Source of the DNA: an uncultured Candidatus Saccharibacteria bacterium
GTDB lineage: Bacteria > Patescibacteriota > Doudnabacteria > UBA920
Length of the DNA: 39,203 nt
Direction: 5' to 3'
Assembly: GCA_964363335.1 (NCBI GenBank)
Contig: CAYIHW010000001.1
Span: forward strand, 1 to 39,203
Positions 23,468 through 31,883 of the stretch are shown piece by piece. The translations under genes and the position numbers were made by a program. Under the pieces are notes generated by a model. It was not told the origin of the DNA. It saw only the letters and a list, made by a program, of their open reading frames with translations, and made no database searches. How positions within the stretch are numbered: the stretch's first letter is position 1; every line of letters begins with the position of its first letter.

Positions 23468-24400
23468 ATGAATTATGGAAAAGTAAAATATTTGATATTT
23501 TTGTTATTGCTTATATTCCTTGGATATTTTTTAAGCCAGGTTTTTTCTGGTAATGTAATTTTGTCGCAAGCGTTTTTTGTCGGGCCTCTAGCGATCCACT
23601 ATTATGGCTTAATAATGGCTTTGGCCGTGGGGGCAGGATTTTATTTAGCAATAAAAAGAGCAACTGGATTTGGGATTAGCAAATCTTCAGCGGAAGATTT
23701 TTTATTTTGGGTAATTATTGGGGGCTTCATTGGGGCTCGTTTGTACCATATAATGTCATCACTTGAATACTATATACAAAACCCGATTAATATTATTAAA
23801 GTCTGGAACGGCGGTCTGTCTATCTACGGCGCCCTAATCGGAGGAGTTATTATAATTCTGTATTTATCTAAAAGCTATAAGCCCCGCCTGCAATCGCCTG
23901 AGGCTCAAGCCGATGGCGGGCAGGTAAAAGCTATAAGCTTGCTAGACTGGCTTGCGCCATCTCTCATCCTCGGCCAAATCATTGGCCGGTTTGGCAACCT
24001 ATTTAATTACGAAGCCTACGGTTATCCGACAAGCGTGCCTTGGAAAATGTTTGTGCCTCAGCAATTTAGGCCAGAGACTTACATAGCCCAGAACTATTTC
24101 CACCCATTTTTTCTTTACGAGGTTTTAGGGAGCCTTTTCATCTTAGGCATAATTTATTATATTTCCCGATTTCGGACACAGCAAACCGGTAAATACCGTA
24201 TTTTTGCCAATGATGGTACGCTTTTCTTTTCCTACGTTTTATTGTATAATAGTTTAAGGTTTTGCTTAGAGTTTTTAAGAATTGACAGCACTTTCATTGG
24301 GGTTTTTAGACTAAATGCCATAATTAGTTTGGTGTTGGTTTTATTGGCCGTCGGTGGATTTTTTGCCTTAAACTATAAATGCTCCAGAGACACAAATTAA
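23468..24400 (+). CDS. lgt: Prolipoprotein diacylglyceryl transferase with an in-frame insertion
   Basis: 310 aa, polytopic. Lgt motifs HYYGLIMA, GARLYH and GRFGNLFNYEAYG are present. Confidence 0.9.
   Translation: MNYGKVKYLIFLLLLIFLGYFLSQVFSGNVILSQAFFVGPLAIHYYGLIMALAVGAGFYLAIKRATGFGISKSSAEDFLFWVIIGGFIGARLYHIMSSLEYYIQNPINIIKVWNGGLSIYGALIGGVIIILYLSKSYKPRLQSPEAQADGGQVKAISLLDWLAPSLILGQIIGRFGNLFNYEAYGYPTSVPWKMFVPQQFRPETYIAQNYFHPFFLYEVLGSLFILGIIYYISRFRTQQTGKYRIFANDGTLFFSYVLLYNSLRFCLEFLRIDSTFIGVFRLNAIISLVLVLLAVGGFFALNYKCSRDTN
23869..23938. repeat. 42-bp GC-rich palindrome flanked by 14-bp direct repeats, inside lgt
   Basis: TAAAAGCTATAAGC at 23869-23882 and 23925-23938 flanks CCCGCCTGCAATCGCCTGAGGCTCAAGCCGATGGCGGGCAGG. 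The reverse complement closely matches the element at 38069-38116. Confidence 0.85.
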
Positions 24401-25122
24401 TTTCATTTTGCATCGGGTTGGTCTTTTTAATTGTTCTGCAGAAATTTGCCACTCCACAGCCGATTTTTCGGTTTTTACTGCCGGCTTTTTTGCTTTATGC
24501 CCTAGCGGTATTTTTTTATAACCGCTGGTATTTAAAGCAAATTCAAAAATATAGCATCTGGGCTAGCTTAAGGGTAATGTTGCTTTTGGCGGCGGCTTTT
24601 GGCCTTTTTTTGATAATCCCCACGGAAGGTTTTAGGGGACTATATTTAGTAATTACGGTGGGGTTAATATCGGTTGGAGAAATAATGCTGGGAAAAGAAG
24701 GGGAAAATATTTTATTGAACGAAACTTTAATTATTGCTTTCGGTTTATTTTTATCATTCTCCGCATTTTATCAGTATATGCCAGCTTTTGGGGTGGTGTA
24801 CGCTGTTGGGATATTTGTCAGCGCCACTCTGCTTGCTAGGTCTTTTTATGAGTTAATTCCTCAGACGGGGTATTACAAATTGGTCGGTTCAGTCGCCCTA
24901 GGGCTTTTTTCCAGCGAAATATTTTGGGCGTTGAATTTTTTGCCGTTTCACTTTAGTGTTCAGGGAGTTTTTTTGTTTAACATTTTTTATCTTAGTTTAA
25001 TTTTAAATTATTACCACCAGTTTCATAATTTAAATCTTAAAAAAATTCAGTTCCATCTGTTACTCATTACGGTTTGCAGTTTTGTCGTGCTGCTGTTTAC
25101 ACCATGGAATATAATTCAGTAA
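24379..25122 (+). CDS. Polytopic membrane protein, unknown function
   Basis: 247-aa ORF that overlaps the lgt end, with 6-7 hydrophobic helices. Confidence 0.55.
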   Translation: MLQRHKLISFCIGLVFLIVLQKFATPQPIFRFLLPAFLLYALAVFFYNRWYLKQIQKYSIWASLRVMLLLAAAFGLFLIIPTEGFRGLYLVITVGLISVGEIMLGKEGENILLNETLIIAFGLFLSFSAFYQYMPAFGVVYAVGIFVSATLLARSFYELIPQTGYYKLVGSVALGLFSSEIFWALNFLPFHFSVQGVFLFNIFYLSLILNYYHQFHNLNLKKIQFHLLLITVCSFVVLLFTPWNIIQ

Positions 25123-25156
25123 TTTTAACTAGAATAATAACGATAATTATAATCAA

Positions 25157-26218
25157 ATGAACAAAAAACAGTCCTCTTTATTAATTATTGTTTGTGTGTT
25201 GGCTGGCTGGCTGTTTAATCTGCTTGCCGGAAGATTCCTTACCGCCAAGCTTTCCACTTGGCCTGCCCTTAATCGTATGCAATTTTTAAGCCCGCAGGCG
25301 CCGATAGTTATAAACAACAAAGAAACTATTAGGGTGAGCGATAGCGGCGATGTGGCATTGGCAGTGGCGGGTATTAAATCTAAAACCAGTACCGTAGTCT
25401 TGGTCACTCCAGGCCAGACTCAAGTGTTAGGTAGCGCCATTAATTTAACCAGCAATGGAGACTTTCTTACCGGTAGCGCAACTTTTTCTAAATCCGTTGG
25501 TGATTTTTATGTAGTATTAAACGACGGCAGGTCGGCAAAAATAATTTCTCAACAAAAAGATTTGGCCGCTGCTTTGGTTTATTTTAAAGCCTCGCTGGAT
25601 AATGTCCCGACAGCAAATTTTGGCAATTCAAGCGATTTAGCGCCGGGTGATAAGGTGGTGTTGGTGCAAAAATCCCTGCAAAATTTTTATAATAAAGCGT
25701 ATCTAACCGCAGTTGTCTCGGCGCAAAAAGACACTGCCGGAATTGTTTTTAACAGCGATTCTCTAAAGCGTGGGTTTTTAGCGGATCTGGGCACAGCCCG
25801 CATTAGCGGGGAAGTGGCAGTGAATGCGAATGGGGAAGTTGTGGGAATATTTAATGGTTTGTGGCTGGTTTCTTCCGATGCCTTAAAACAGTCTTTGTCG
25901 TTGTATTTGAGTAGTCCAAATAAAATCTCCCGGCCGGCCTTTGGATTTAGTTATTTAATTATTACCCCGGTGGAAAATAAACTCGTTGGAATAACTCAGG
26001 GGATGAAGGTTTCGGAAGTTTTAAATCCTTCCGCTACTCATAGCGCCGGACTTTTGGCGGGGGATGTGATTGTACAAATTGACAATCGACAAACTAACGG
26101 AGATATGTTGCCGGAAGAAATTTTACAGCAGTATAAACCGGGAGATAAAATAGTTTTTAAAATTTCTAGAAAAAATCAAATTATTAATTTAACCTTAACT
26201 CCAACCGAACTAAAATAG
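25157..26218 (+). CDS. HtrA/DegP-like trypsin-fold protein with a C-terminal PDZ domain; the catalytic His appears to be missing
   Basis: 353 aa with an N-terminal TM helix. S1C-like blocks (GSAINLTSNGDFLTGSATF, DLAAALVYFK, ISGEVAVNANGEVVGIFNG) and a PDZ-like segment (GLLAGDVIVQIDN). Confidence 0.55.
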   Translation: MNKKQSSLLIIVCVLAGWLFNLLAGRFLTAKLSTWPALNRMQFLSPQAPIVINNKETIRVSDSGDVALAVAGIKSKTSTVVLVTPGQTQVLGSAINLTSNGDFLTGSATFSKSVGDFYVVLNDGRSAKIISQQKDLAAALVYFKASLDNVPTANFGNSSDLAPGDKVVLVQKSLQNFYNKAYLTAVVSAQKDTAGIVFNSDSLKRGFLADLGTARISGEVAVNANGEVVGIFNGLWLVSSDALKQSLSLYLSSPNKISRPAFGFSYLIITPVENKLVGITQGMKVSEVLNPSATHSAGLLAGDVIVQIDNRQTNGDMLPEEILQQYKPGDKIVFKISRKNQIINLTLTPTELK

Positions 26219-26219
26219 T

Positions 26220-26669
26220 ATGGATATTGCAAATATTGAAACACAAGACGCGAAAAAAATTACCACCTATGACGCCGCGGGCAAAGAAAATGGCTGGTTA
26301 ATGGAGCTGTATAAAGACAAAGAAACCGGGCAAAAAACAGAAGGCTACCTAACTGCCGCTTTGCCCGGAGCCTTTAAGGGTTATCATTTGCATCGTGTCC
26401 GCGCGGCCAGATATGTGGCCATTAAAGGGAAAATGAAAATTACTACTTACGCGCAACAGGATGGCAAGTGGGTGAAAAGTGAAACTGTGTTGGAAGCCGG
26501 CGTGGCCAAACGGATGTTAATTCCAAAAAATGTTGCTACGGGCCTGGAAAATATCGGCAGTGAAGAAGCTTGGCTAATTAATTATCCAGACCCGGCATAC
26601 GACCCAAGCCTTAAAGATGAACAAGTGGAATACTCTAAAGAAGAATTGGAAGCCGGGATAGTAAAGTAA
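26220..26669 (+). CDS. RmlC-like cupin (dTDP-4-dehydrorhamnose 3,5-epimerase-like)
   Basis: 149 aa. The cupin pattern (KGYHLHRVRAARYVAIKGKMKI ... IPKNVATGLENIGSEEAWLINY) and the position next to rfbB/D/A support the call. Confidence 0.55.
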   Translation: MDIANIETQDAKKITTYDAAGKENGWLMELYKDKETGQKTEGYLTAALPGAFKGYHLHRVRAARYVAIKGKMKITTYAQQDGKWVKSETVLEAGVAKRMLIPKNVATGLENIGSEEAWLINYPDPAYDPSLKDEQVEYSKEELEAGIVK

Positions 26670-26836
26670 TTGACAAAATTGGCCATAATTAATTTTAACG
26701 CAGAATAAATATGGAAAGTTCGGGGCGGCAGCAATTCATCAAAAAGAGCATCGTGAGTGTTTTATTTATTAGCGACGTAGAGCGAGATCCAGCCCTTTGC
26801 ATCAAAGAAATGGACGAGCCCAAGGAGTCTTAATAC

Positions 26837-26885
26837 AGGTTTTAATACCTCGGTAAGCTTATGCTGCGAGGAACCTTTATTTCAA
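26837..26885 (+). promoter_or_regulatory. Terminator-like hairpin in the 245-nt leader upstream of rfbB
   Basis: AGGTT..CCTCG (26837-26852) pairs with CGAGG-AACCT (26867-26876), followed by TTTATTTCA. TTGACA lies at 26670-26675. Confidence 0.35.
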
Positions 26886-26914
26886 TTCGTGGTTACTAAA
26901 AAAATTGTAAAATT

Positions 26915-27907
26915 ATGAAATTACTTATTACCGGTGGAGCGGGCTTTATTGGCTCCAACTTTGTGCATTATTGGGCTTTTAACCATCCAAACGATGAAAT
27001 TATTGTTTTGGATAATTTAACTTATGCCGGGAATTTGGGAAATCTGGAAAGCGTAAAAGACAAAACAACTTTTGTTAAAGGCGACATTTGTGACGAAACA
27101 GTTGTTGAACAAACAATGTCCAGCGTTAATACTGTGGTGCATTTTGCCGCCGAGTCCCACGTGGACCGCTCCATTTTAGGGCCTGATGAATTTGTTCGGA
27201 CAAACGTGCTGGGCACGCATCAACTTTTAAAAGCAGCCTGCAAGCATCAAATAAAAAGATTCCACCACGTCTCCACCGACGAAGTTTTTGGCCAAATCGC
27301 GCTGGAGTCAAAAGAAAAATGGACGGAAAGTAGCCCTTACAACCCACGAAGTCCGTATTCGGCATCTAAAGCCTCTAGCGACCATCTGGTGCGAGCTTAT
27401 TACCATACTTATAATTTGCCGGTGACTATTTCTAATTGTGCCAACAATATCGGTCCTTTTATGTTCCCGGAAAAATTAATTCCTTTGGCCATTACCAATT
27501 TGCTGGAAGGGAAAAAGGTGCCGATTTACACGCCCGGCAACCAGGTGCGTGAATGGCTTTATGTGGAAGATCACTGTAGCGGTATTGAAGCGATTTTGGA
27601 AAAAGGGAAAATCGGCGAGACTTATTTTATTGGACCGAACAACGAGGAGCTGTCCAATTTGGAAGTAATAAAAAAACTTTTAAAGCTGATGAATTTGGGC
27701 GAGGAAAATTTGGAGTTTGTGGCTGATCGCCCCGGGCATGACCAAAAGTATGCTCTTGATCATTCTAAAATTACAAAAGAGTTGGGGTGGAGGCCGAAAT
27801 ACGGCTTAGATGAAGCGCTACACAAAACAATTGATTGGTACGAACAAAATCAGGCCTGGTGGAAAAATGTGAAATCCGGCGAGTACCAAAATTATCTGAA
27901 CAAGTAA
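26915..27907 (+). CDS. rfbB: dTDP-glucose 4,6-dehydratase
   Basis: 330 aa. TGGAGFIGSN Rossmann motif, the YSASKASSDH (YxxxK) motif and a characteristic C-terminus. Confidence 0.93.
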   Translation: MKLLITGGAGFIGSNFVHYWAFNHPNDEIIVLDNLTYAGNLGNLESVKDKTTFVKGDICDETVVEQTMSSVNTVVHFAAESHVDRSILGPDEFVRTNVLGTHQLLKAACKHQIKRFHHVSTDEVFGQIALESKEKWTESSPYNPRSPYSASKASSDHLVRAYYHTYNLPVTISNCANNIGPFMFPEKLIPLAITNLLEGKKVPIYTPGNQVREWLYVEDHCSGIEAILEKGKIGETYFIGPNNEELSNLEVIKKLLKLMNLGEENLEFVADRPGHDQKYALDHSKITKELGWRPKYGLDEALHKTIDWYEQNQAWWKNVKSGEYQNYLNK

Positions 27908-27920
27908 CAGTAAATATCAA

Positions 27921-27956
27921 TTGACATAAAATGAGCGGCCGCTCATTTTATGTCAA
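27921..27956. repeat. Perfect 36-bp palindrome between rfbB and rfbD
   Basis: TTGACATAAAATGAGCGGCCGCTCATTTTATGTCAA is exactly self-complementary and centred on GCGGCCGC. Confidence 0.95.
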
Positions 27957-27970
27957 GAAAGTAGAAAATA

Positions 27971-28816
27971 ATGGAAGATAAGGTTTTAATTTTAGGCCAT
28001 AAGGGAATGCTTGGCGGGCAATTGATGAAGGTTTTTGGCGTCCGGGCAATTGGTTGGGACCGTGAAGATGTTGATGTAACAGATAACGCTCAATTGATCG
28101 GCAAGCTAAAAGCTATAAGCCATCAGCTAAAAGCTATCATTAACTGCGTAGCTTATAACGATGTTGACGGGGCAGAAACACATCAGTCAATTGCTCTTAA
28201 ATTAAACCAACAAGTCCCTGGTGGTTTGGCCTTAATTTGTAAAGATTTAGATATTCCGCTGGTACATTTTTCTTCCAATTATATTTTTGACGGCAAAAAA
28301 GGGGAGTATATGGAGAATGATTTGCCTCAGCCCCAATCGGTTTATGGGCAAACTAAATATAATGGGGAATTAGAAATTATTAAAAATACTAACCAGTATT
28401 ATATTATCCGCACCTCGGTATTATTTGGCCCCAAAGGGGAAAGCGCGCTTGCAAAAAAAAGCTTTGTGGAGTTAATGTTGGATTTAAGCAAGAGGCAAAG
28501 CAGCATTAAAGCAGTGGTTGATGAAATAAATAGTTTAACTTATGCCCCGGATTTGGCGGCAGCGGTGAAAAAACTATTGGATGACAAAAAAACCTTTGGG
28601 GTATATCATATAACTAACAGTGGTTCTGCTAGCTGGTTTGATTTTGCCCAGGAAATATTCCGCATAATAAATAAGCAAATAATCTTAGAACCAGTTGGAT
28701 CCACTGAATTTAAAAGGCTAGCCAAGCGGCCAAAAAAGGCGGTTCTGTTGAATACCAAACTGGAGAGTTTAAGAAGCTGGCAGGGCGCGTTAAAAGAATT
28801 TTTGTTATTACAATAA
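27971..28816 (+). CDS. rfbD: dTDP-4-dehydrorhamnose reductase
   Basis: 281 aa. The GMLG Rossmann region, the YGQTKYNGE (YxxxK) motif and an RmlD-like length. Confidence 0.88.
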   Translation: MEDKVLILGHKGMLGGQLMKVFGVRAIGWDREDVDVTDNAQLIGKLKAISHQLKAIINCVAYNDVDGAETHQSIALKLNQQVPGGLALICKDLDIPLVHFSSNYIFDGKKGEYMENDLPQPQSVYGQTKYNGELEIIKNTNQYYIIRTSVLFGPKGESALAKKSFVELMLDLSKRQSSIKAVVDEINSLTYAPDLAAAVKKLLDDKKTFGVYHITNSGSASWFDFAQEIFRIINKQIILEPVGSTEFKRLAKRPKKAVLLNTKLESLRSWQGALKEFLLLQ

Positions 28817-28978
28817 TAGACTTGTTGCTTAATAATTTTTTGAAGCAAAATATGATATTTCAGACAAAACCGCAGTTTATAAATTTTGATGTTTAACCAT
28901 AGTTAAGCGGAGAAATTTTTAACAAGGTTTTGGCGAAAGAGCATATTTTGGGCGAAAAATTATTAAGCAACAAGTCTA
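28817..28978 (-). repeat. E2: inverted, near-identical copy of E1
   Basis: It starts on the nucleotide after the rfbD TAA. The reverse complement of E1 differs at 4 of 162 positions with no indels, by manual alignment. Confidence 0.9.
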
Positions 28979-29007
28979 AATAGGACAAAAGGACTCATTG
29001 GACATAT

Positions 29008-29727
29008 ATGAAAGGCATTATTCTCTCCGGCGGTAATGGGACCAGGCTCTACCCGCTGACAAAAATTACCTCCAAACAGTTATTGCCGGTTTATAATAAA
29101 CCGATGGTTTTTTACCCGCTTAATACATTGCTTAAAGCCGGAATTATGGAAATTTTGATTATCGTCGCGCCGGATTACGCTGATGATTATAAAAAATTAC
29201 TGGGTGACGGCAGTGAGTTTGGGGCGAAGTTTTCTTTTATTATCCAAAATAAACCGGAAGGCCTGGCGCAAGCATTTATTTTGGGGCAAGAGTTTATCGG
29301 TACCGATAGCGTGTGCATGATATTGGGCGACAATATTTTTGAAGACGATTTTTCGGTAAAAATTAAAAATTTTACAAACGGCGGACAGGTGTTTGCTAAA
29401 AAAGTCTCGGATCCTGAACGTTTTGGCGTAGTGAAATTTGACGAAAAAATGAACGCCGTACAAATTGAAGAAAAGCCAAAAAACTATCTTTCCGATTATG
29501 CCATTACCGGCCTATATGTTTATGATAATCGGGTTTGTGAAATTGCCAAAGCGGTAAAACCTTCGGCCAGAGGTGAGTTGGAAATTACGGAATTACATAT
29601 CTGGTATCTGCGTCATAATGAATTAAAAGTGGATGTGGTAGAGGGGCAGTGGTTTGACGCTGGGACTTTTGAGTCTTTGCACCAAGCCTCGGTTATGGAA
29701 TATAAAAAATCATTAGCCGGTAAATAA
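29008..29727 (+). CDS. rfbA: Glucose-1-phosphate thymidylyltransferase (short form)
   Basis: 239 aa. SGGNGTRLYPLTK motif and an RmlA-like core. Confidence 0.88.
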   Translation: MKGIILSGGNGTRLYPLTKITSKQLLPVYNKPMVFYPLNTLLKAGIMEILIIVAPDYADDYKKLLGDGSEFGAKFSFIIQNKPEGLAQAFILGQEFIGTDSVCMILGDNIFEDDFSVKIKNFTNGGQVFAKKVSDPERFGVVKFDEKMNAVQIEEKPKNYLSDYAITGLYVYDNRVCEIAKAVKPSARGELEITELHIWYLRHNELKVDVVEGQWFDAGTFESLHQASVMEYKKSLAGK

Positions 29728-29728
29728 T

Positions 29729-30685
29729 ATGCACGCAAAAACGCAAAAAATTATTTCCTCATTCCTGCTTAGTCTAGTGGTAATTTTAGGTTTTCAAGCT
29801 TTAATTTATATTCTTAACCTAAATCAACATGGCCTGTTCTTTAGGATAGCCGCGTATATTTGGTTTTATTTGATGTTACACATCGCCCTGATTTATGATT
29901 TGCATTTTAGGGATAGGGGCGGTTGGCAAAGAGCGGTAAAAAAACATGAAAATGTAGTTAGTGTTGCCAGTCGTAATTCTAAAATATTTTTTTCCGCTCT
30001 TACTGACCGAATTGCCCATTTACGAAAGATTGCTTTTTTACGTCATTGGATTAATTATTTAATTTTGCCGACCGTGGTATTTTGGGGCACGGCTGGCGTC
30101 TTGTATGTAAATTTTGGGTTTTTAAAAATTCAAGAGATAACAGCGGTGCTTTCTTCGGTGGCGATAATTTTAAATTTTTGGTTTTTAAGAGAAGTGGTTG
30201 TTCGGGAAGAAGAGGTGGTGGGGTCTGACGTCTTTATTACTCTTTCGGTGGTAAAAATTTACGCCGTGACTTTAGCTTTTGCCTCCAGCTTGGCGCTGGT
30301 TAGGCATTATTGCTTAAGCCCAAAATATTTTGCGGTCGGAATCTTTACGCTGACCTTCTTACTAATTTACCAAGCGCTGTTTCAGCATAAGTTAATCAGT
30401 ACAAAAAACCTAAGCCTTAGCTTAGGGATAGGTTTTGTTTTAGGATTGGCTGGTTATTTTTTGGTTATTTTTTGGGGGTACAATTATTTTACCGGAGCGG
30501 TGTTTTTAGCCGTATTTTATAATTTACTTTGGGGTTTGTTTCATTACAGCTTAGACAAAGCCTTAAATTTTAAAGTCTTCCTGGAAATCGCGGTCATTAG
30601 TTTGCTGCTCGCGTCAATGGTCTTTAGCGTGACAAATTTTAAAGCTAGGTTACTCGACGGCTGTCAGTATAGAATTAGCCAATAG
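29729..30685 (+). CDS. Polytopic membrane protein, unknown function
   Basis: 318-aa ORF starting 1 nt after the rfbA stop, with about 8 hydrophobic helices. Confidence 0.55.
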   Translation: MHAKTQKIISSFLLSLVVILGFQALIYILNLNQHGLFFRIAAYIWFYLMLHIALIYDLHFRDRGGWQRAVKKHENVVSVASRNSKIFFSALTDRIAHLRKIAFLRHWINYLILPTVVFWGTAGVLYVNFGFLKIQEITAVLSSVAIILNFWFLREVVVREEEVVGSDVFITLSVVKIYAVTLAFASSLALVRHYCLSPKYFAVGIFTLTFLLIYQALFQHKLISTKNLSLSLGIGFVLGLAGYFLVIFWGYNYFTGAVFLAVFYNLLWGLFHYSLDKALNFKVFLEIAVISLLLASMVFSVTNFKARLLDGCQYRISQ

Positions 30686-30696
30686 ACTTTAGATAT

Positions 30697-31791
30697 TTAT
30701 AACCAGTACATAAAGGCAATAACAATAATCGAAATCAACAATACTGCCAAGTTGTTGACCTTTTTATCTAATGAGCCAAGTTTTTTTTCTACGGCTGATT
30801 TTAAATCTGAAAGCATTAACAATAACAAAGCCGCGCCGCAAATCAAAATTAAGTAGCGGTTAATATTGTAGCTGTTGGTTGTGGATTCCGGACTTTGTCC
30901 AACCAGTGCGGAAAAGTTTTCTTTAAGCGAAGAAATTGGTGTTTGGGTGGAAGCGGAAGAGCTGGCTGCCATTTCCGGTGTTTGATGCAAAATAAAGTTA
31001 GGCTCGCTTTTTTGATTTGCGGCCAAAGTTTCTTCTTGCCTTGGGGCGATAGGAGGAAAATTATTGGTTACTGCCACAGGACTCGGGGTGGCAATTGGAA
31101 TAGGTTGCGGCGCGGGTGGCTCTGCTTTAGGAATTACAGGAGTTAATTTTGGTTTAATCGGAGTTTTCGGTTTTGTTACAATAGGGGAGGGGGTTGTTAT
31201 AGTTTTTGGCGGCGTGACTACCTTTGGTTTCGTCGCGGCTAAAGCTTGCGCGCCAAAAGTATTTGTAATTGCGGAGTGATATTGACCGTTTCGCGAGTCG
31301 CCAAAGGCTAGCCCCATCCCTTGGTCTCTGAACCCTTCTTGAGTAATATTGGCACGATGCGTCGGGCTATTCATCCATGCTGACATTAAGCTGTCGGTAT
31401 CATAAAATTCAATAGCCAAATTTTCCCCTAATTGCAAATAAGGGGAGTAGCCCGCGGCCACAATTTTATCCCAAATATAGCGGCCATCCGGATCTATATG
31501 AGCGAAATAGTGCCTAGCCTGCATGTCGTCAGATTTGCTTTGGGCGGCGCTTCCAAGCTTGTTGTTTGTGGATAAGGTAACTAAATTTCGCAACGACCGC
31601 TCTTTATTTACGGCATTTAAAATATTTTCCGGACTTAAATCCGAAGCCATGGGTATTTCTTTTGATGGCCAAAAAAGAGATATTAACAGCTTGAGGGTAA
31701 GAAAAATAACCACAAGCGCAAGAAACACAGGCCTTCTTAAAAGGCTATTATGATTATTGAAATTGCTCTTATTTATGTCAATATTTGGCAT
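30697..31791 (-). CDS. CAP/SCP (YkwD-like) domain protein with a Pro-rich linker and TM segments at both ends
   Basis: 364 aa. CAP motifs HYFAHIDPDG, GENLA and WMNSPTHRANI. The linker is rich in P/T/K. Confidence 0.7.
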   Translation of the reverse strand: MPNIDINKSNFNNHNSLLRRPVFLALVVIFLTLKLLISLFWPSKEIPMASDLSPENILNAVNKERSLRNLVTLSTNNKLGSAAQSKSDDMQARHYFAHIDPDGRYIWDKIVAAGYSPYLQLGENLAIEFYDTDSLMSAWMNSPTHRANITQEGFRDQGMGLAFGDSRNGQYHSAITNTFGAQALAATKPKVVTPPKTITTPSPIVTKPKTPIKPKLTPVIPKAEPPAPQPIPIATPSPVAVTNNFPPIAPRQEETLAANQKSEPNFILHQTPEMAASSSASTQTPISSLKENFSALVGQSPESTTNSYNINRYLILICGAALLLLMLSDLKSAVEKKLGSLDKKVNNLAVLLISIIVIAFMYWL

Positions 31792-31883
31792 TGGGAAGTT
31801 TCTTTCAATTTCAGTTTAACACTATTTATTTAACTTGACAAATATTTAACTTTATGTTAATATACTAAGTTAATGCAATATTT

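Noticed and set aside
26724-26731. An ops/JUMPstart-like GGCGGCAG in the leader of the rfb genes.
   Set aside because: It differs from GGCGGTAG at a key position and lacks the downstream TG. No RfaH-type factor is evident, so a chance match is likely.
26712-26831. A 39-codon ORF (MESSGRQQFIKKSIVSVLFISDVERDPALCIKEMDEPKES) in the rfbB leader.
   Set aside because: It has no SD-like sequence, no recognisable features, and lies in a region with RNA-like hairpins. It is kept only as a remote possibility.
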